A DNA stretch of 64,000 nt from Yuukianura sp. NJ FZ-2021. Lineage: Eukaryota. Positions 59,672-64,000 of the stretch are shown in pieces (positions within the stretch are counted from its first letter, which is position 1; each line of letters begins with the position of its first letter). The position numbers and the translations under genes are program-made. Below the pieces are notes generated by a model. That model was not told the DNA's origin. It worked only from the letters and a program-made list of their open reading frames with translations, and did not search any database. The stretch is taken from contig CM102287.1 in the NCBI GenBank assembly GCA_046563655.1, forward strand, positions 8,742,001 through 8,806,000, given 5' to 3'.

Positions 59672-59870
59672 AAGGAGAAAATTTAAAAGAATTTTGTAAA
59701 AGTGACCAATTGCGAGTAAAAGTTAGAATCGAAATGAGTTTTATGCAAGTTTTGTATAAAAATTGACAAGATTTCTTGGTAGTTCCAGAACAGTGTAGGA
59801 AGTGGACTTTGAAATTTTGAAATCAGTTTTTCAAAAAACTTTTTTTGGGAAAGTTTTAGAAGAGATTGGT

Positions 59871-60633
59871 TTAGCAGACGGTTGGAATGGATTCAAATTT
59901 GAACGGTTGACGACGTGGAAACATGAATTTGTTGGGATGAGCCCAGGCCATGTAGCGCCCTCCGTACATCTTTCCCAAATATGGTGGCCATTCGCAGCAC
60001 TTGTTCGGTGGACAAACGGGCTCTCCGGAACCGCCACACTTGAAATCGGTGTACTGCTTACGTTGATCTTCGTTGTAGCGACGCCAATCTCGGTTGTAGC
60101 CGTATCGAATCGTGGCACTGGAAGAAAAAATCACGCATGCGTAAGACAATAAAACAAAATCTTTGCTCTGAATTTTACCATTCGTCTTGATCTGGCAGAT
60201 CCCATGTACAGCAGACGCATGGCGGCATCAATCCTCGGACCTTGTGACAGTCGTACTGATACTCATCCTTGGCAGGACGTATGAAGCAATGAACGTTGTC
60301 CGGGGTCACGATGTCACTGACGAAGTCGTTCCATTCAGCCTTGATGATTGGGTCAAGGTACCACGGTTGTTTGCTATACGTACAAAGACATGCCGGGTCA
60401 CAGTTTTTGTTCCAGTAGCATTTGAATTGTGCTTGGCAGCAGGGTGACTGGCGACAGTCTGGAACACATCTTGGTCGAATGAAGTATGGAGGCTGGACAC
60501 CGCTGCATTTGGACGCACAATGGGATTTTTCTCCAGACGAAAGTCCAACGATGGGAGGGTTGTAGAGACGACGAGCATCAGCCACTCGAGTGGTGATGTC
60601 AAAAGGATTCGAACGACAATCTTTGCAGTTCAT
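59871..60633 (-). CDS. Cysteine-rich orphan protein; at least 2 exons, 5' end unresolved
   Basis: ORFs 60633-60175 and 60149-59871 join in frame (GAATG|GTAAAA ... TTCCAG|TGCC). Rich in Cys, Pro and Trp, with CC and CxC motifs. Confidence 0.6.
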
Positions 60634-61014
60634 GATTCCGTAATTCGAGGAGAAAGTAGTTGATAAACTGTTAAATTAAAGGCTAATTAGCTAATCAGCG
60701 AAGATCTGGCTGCGAAGAATGTCCAGAAACGAAAGTGAACCGCGAATAAGGTTGTTGATTTGGTCATTTGTGTTCTGAAAACAATTTTTTTCAGGTGTTT
60801 GTTCCCAGTTAATAACTCCAAGCCAGTTTGTTTCCATGGTGACATTTACACGATAAAAATTGCTGTATAAGGAATTCCAAGATTTCAAATTTTGCGTTCC
60901 ACCGTTAGTCTTGTCTTATCTATGTCCAATCGTATTCGAGACTTTGGCGCGAAATTCAGAATTTAATTTTTTTTTTTCAAGCACCCCTGATTTTGATTTT
61001 GGTCAACTCGGTAT

Positions 61015-61459
61015 TAGCTATGCGCAGCCTCTTATTGCGAAAAAATTTCTTGAATAAAGTAAGCCTCCGAGGGCCTAAAAGTGTTCCCCATTATTAAACA
61101 AAAATTATGGTACAAAATTTTAATTTTTAAATTAAGTCTAGCTATTTTCGCGGCAGGCCCAATGTTAAACAAAGCACCCGATTATTCAAATGCTTGTGCA
61201 AATATTGAAATAAAAGCAAAAACCGTTCCTTTTGGATAAAATTAATTTGAAATTGAGTATTGAAACGTTCTATTTACTAACATTGATTTTTCGAATTCCA
61301 AAATATTACCAAACCTCGAAACTTTGTGCGCCTGGCGAAAATAGTTAGGATTCAAATAAAATTATAAATTTTGGTTTTAAATTTTTTTCTCATTTATTGG
61401 AACATCTTTAGCCCTTCGGAGCTAATTTAATTCGACTTTGAAGCTTTTGCGCATAGCTA
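61015..61459. mobile_element. hAT-type MITE (445 bp) just upstream of EMC2
   Basis: TIR TAGCTATGCGCA / TGCGCATAGCTA with a perfect 8-bp TSD CTCGGTAT (61007-61014, 61460-61467). Confidence 0.9.
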
Positions 61460-61561
61460 CTCGGTATTTGCACTTTCTTCATCTCAGCTGCTTCATCAGT
61501 TCAAATTGCAAATTTAATTTTAATTGTTCATTTGATCATCTGAAATACTTTTAGCTTAATT

Positions 61562-62910
61562 ATGGAAGCCGAAAAAACACCAACTTTTACTGGTAAGCTT
61601 AGTTATTCTAATGTAAAGTTAGTGCATAGATATGCCAAAGTAATGTCAAAATGAGTTAAATTAAGGACTAATGCAATAATCGTGAACGTGTGTATTAGGC
61701 GCCCGAGAACAGCTGAGAAAATGGCGAGAAGATCATGAACGGAAGAGTGAAGAGGTCGTGTCACTTTGGATATCGGTTTTAGGCAACAATGCGAATAGGC
61801 TAGGCGACGAAAGTAAGGAATCGATCCAATTCAATTCTTGTGATTAACTTATAGGTATTACTGATTTCTTCCTTGTTACAGAGTGGATGGTATTGGAACA
61901 AGTAGTAAAAGCAGCACTTGATACGCACAACTACGATATTGCTGGCGATGCAATTCTTGAGCTCAAAGAACGATTTCCGAATAGTGATCGAGTTAGGTAA
62001 GTGACATACCGGAATAATAAGATTTATTCGTCTTTCCATTATCGTTATTTTCCATTACTCAATTTCAGGCACCTTCAAGTATTACGTTTGCAGGCATTAG
62101 GAAAATATGAAGATGCATTATCAGCTTTAGACCAAATGATCACCAAGGATCCGACCAATTCTGGAGCATATAAGCAGAAGATTTCCATCCTCAAGAGTCA
62201 AGGGAAACTGCCGGAAGCTATCAAAGGTCTAAGCGATTATTTGAACAAGTGAGTAACAAAAGCTGTACTATAACTACCAGCACTGTTGTCAGTACTTGGA
62301 CTTTTTTTTATTAATGTTGTATTATAGATTTATGAGCGATCAGGAGGCCTGGGGGGAGCTGTGTGATTTGTATTTGAGCGAAGGGGAATATGGACGAGCC
62401 AACTACTGTGCAGAAGAACTAATTCTTCATAATCCGCACAACTTCTTTGTCTATCAACGGGCTGGTGACATTCGCTACACAATGGGTGGAATTGACAACT
62501 TGAAAATTGCATTCAACTACTACAGTCAAGCTCTGAAACTTAATCCCAGCAGCATGAGATGTTTATTTGGACTGTTTCTGGTGAGCCCTTGAGTCATTTT
62601 CGTTTCTTTCACAAACTAATCGATTACCCAACTTGTTTTATTTACTAGGCTGGGTCTAGTCTCGCAACGCACACAAAAGTCCCACCGAATGACAGAAAGG
62701 ACTTTGCGAAATCCACATCTTGGGCAGCTGATGAAATATATCATAGGTAACTTCTAACTTATCTCAATTCTTTCAGTGTTTTGGCACGTTATGAACTTCA
62801 TATGCTTAAACACGTTAACTTTTGACAGATACCATGAGCACGGTGAAGGTCCAGATCCAGTGGACAACATGTTAGAAGGTGCAATGAGCAATTTGCAAAT
62901 AACCAACTAA
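61562..62910 (+). CDS. EMC2: ER membrane protein complex subunit 2 (TPR protein TTC35)
   Basis: AREQLRKWREDHERKSEEV, LGDE.WMVLEQV, FPNSDRVR.LQ.LRLQALG.Y, FMSDQEAWGELCDLYL, EELILHNPHN, YTMGG.DN motifs. Confidence 0.95.
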
Positions 62911-63329
62911 ATTCCAATAATTTCCAGAGAATGAAGGTTAGCTTTAAGAGTTTAATTCTAAAGCACCAAGTATTTCTATCCGTTTTCCAATGTCTTTAGC
63001 CTAAATCATGATTTTAAACTACAATTTGTAGTAGTAACTTGTCAATTCTTGGTACGGTTCAGGGATACGCTTAACTCTTAAACTTGTCACTTAGGTTTCT
63101 TCTGAATATTGTCAATGATTTTTCATCTTTTGTTCTTTTTAAATTAAAAATTGCATTATTTTACGTTTTCATGGAAATAAGAGTGAAACTTTTTTGGAAC
63201 AAAAGCAAAGTATTCCAAAATCGTTCATCTTTCGTTAGAGATTCTCACAGTACAACACGTGCACGTGATTTCATCTTTTTACATCAGAAGAAGTGTTTTT
63301 CTCCATTTGCTAATCAGTTTGCAGCTAAA

Positions 63330-64000
63330 ATGGAAGGCAGAGGTGATGTGACCAGCAAAGGTCAACGGAACCCGTCATCTATTCCCCGGTCAAGCGGTGG
63401 TCCTGCTGTATTAAAACATGGCGGAGGTGACATTGACAGGCTCAAAAGGGAAACGCAAAATCCTGAAACACTTCGGAATGAAATTTTGGAACCGTGGGAT
63501 TCAACTGCCGAAGAAGAAGAGGAATGCAGAGAAGTTGATGGAGAATGCGAAGTTCCAGGAGAAGATCTGTGGAGTCCAGAGGCAAATTTTTACGTTTCAA
63601 CTGGTGGCGACATTATCAACGAAGGGGCTCTGAGTGACCCTGAAACTATTGAAAGTGCTACTACAATTCCGGATGACCTTGACTTACCTGAAGACGATGA
63701 TTTCCGAGAATGGACTGAACTGGATCCGTCGGATGACGAAGAGCAAGAGGAACTGAGGGAGAAGTATTTTGATTTGTTCAAGGTCGCTGAACCGGAAGAA
63801 GTTTTGTTCGGTGAAGACGACTTGAGTCCGGTAAGTTATCAAACGTTTTGAAAACGTTTTAATTTCACTTTTATATTAAAATATTGTAATAATATTCAAG
63901 TTGTATCAATGTTTTAGGAAGATGCTGGATACTGGAAGGAATACTTTGCTCGACAGTTTACAAATCAGCACGTGAATGTGCATCAGCCCGAAAAGTTTTT
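63330..64000 (+). CDS. 5' part of an uncharacterised acidic protein, running off the window
   Basis: ATG 63330 opens an Asp/Glu-rich exon ending CCG|GTAAG; the next exon follows TTTTAG| (EDAGYWKEYFARQF). Confidence 0.6.

Overview
AT-rich, intron-dense arthropod genomic DNA. The gene content suggests a springtail (Collembola) or related hexapod; this is an inference, not a determination. The window is largely chemosensory: four tandem gustatory receptors (0.2-9.2 kb), six divergent GR-like multi-TM receptors, Ir93a, a class A peptide GPCR and three tandem Ly6/quiver-like genes. It also carries CRAL-TRIO, DM4/DM12-like, SMYD, F-box/LRR, NDUFAF5 and EMC2 genes, several orphan secreted proteins and many small TIR elements (MITEs) from different DNA-transposon superfamilies. 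The standout is a two-exon minus-strand gene (38865..38225 joined to 37909..36445, 701 aa). It fuses a microbial-type class I terpene synthase domain (NDxxSxxKE and RY motifs, non-canonical first acidic motif) through a charged linker to a complete prokaryote-type cis-prenyltransferase (UppS-like, DGNRRW ... C-terminal RxG). This is a candidate one-polypeptide cis-polyprenyl synthase plus terpene synthase, probably horizontally acquired, sitting inside a chemoreceptor tandem array. A second HGT candidate is a recently duplicated pair of secreted RlpA/DPBB (expansin/loosenin-like) genes, one of which shares a ~225-bp upstream element with the terpene gene. No RNA genes or CRISPR arrays were recognised. 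All family assignments come from motif reading by eye, not from database searches.
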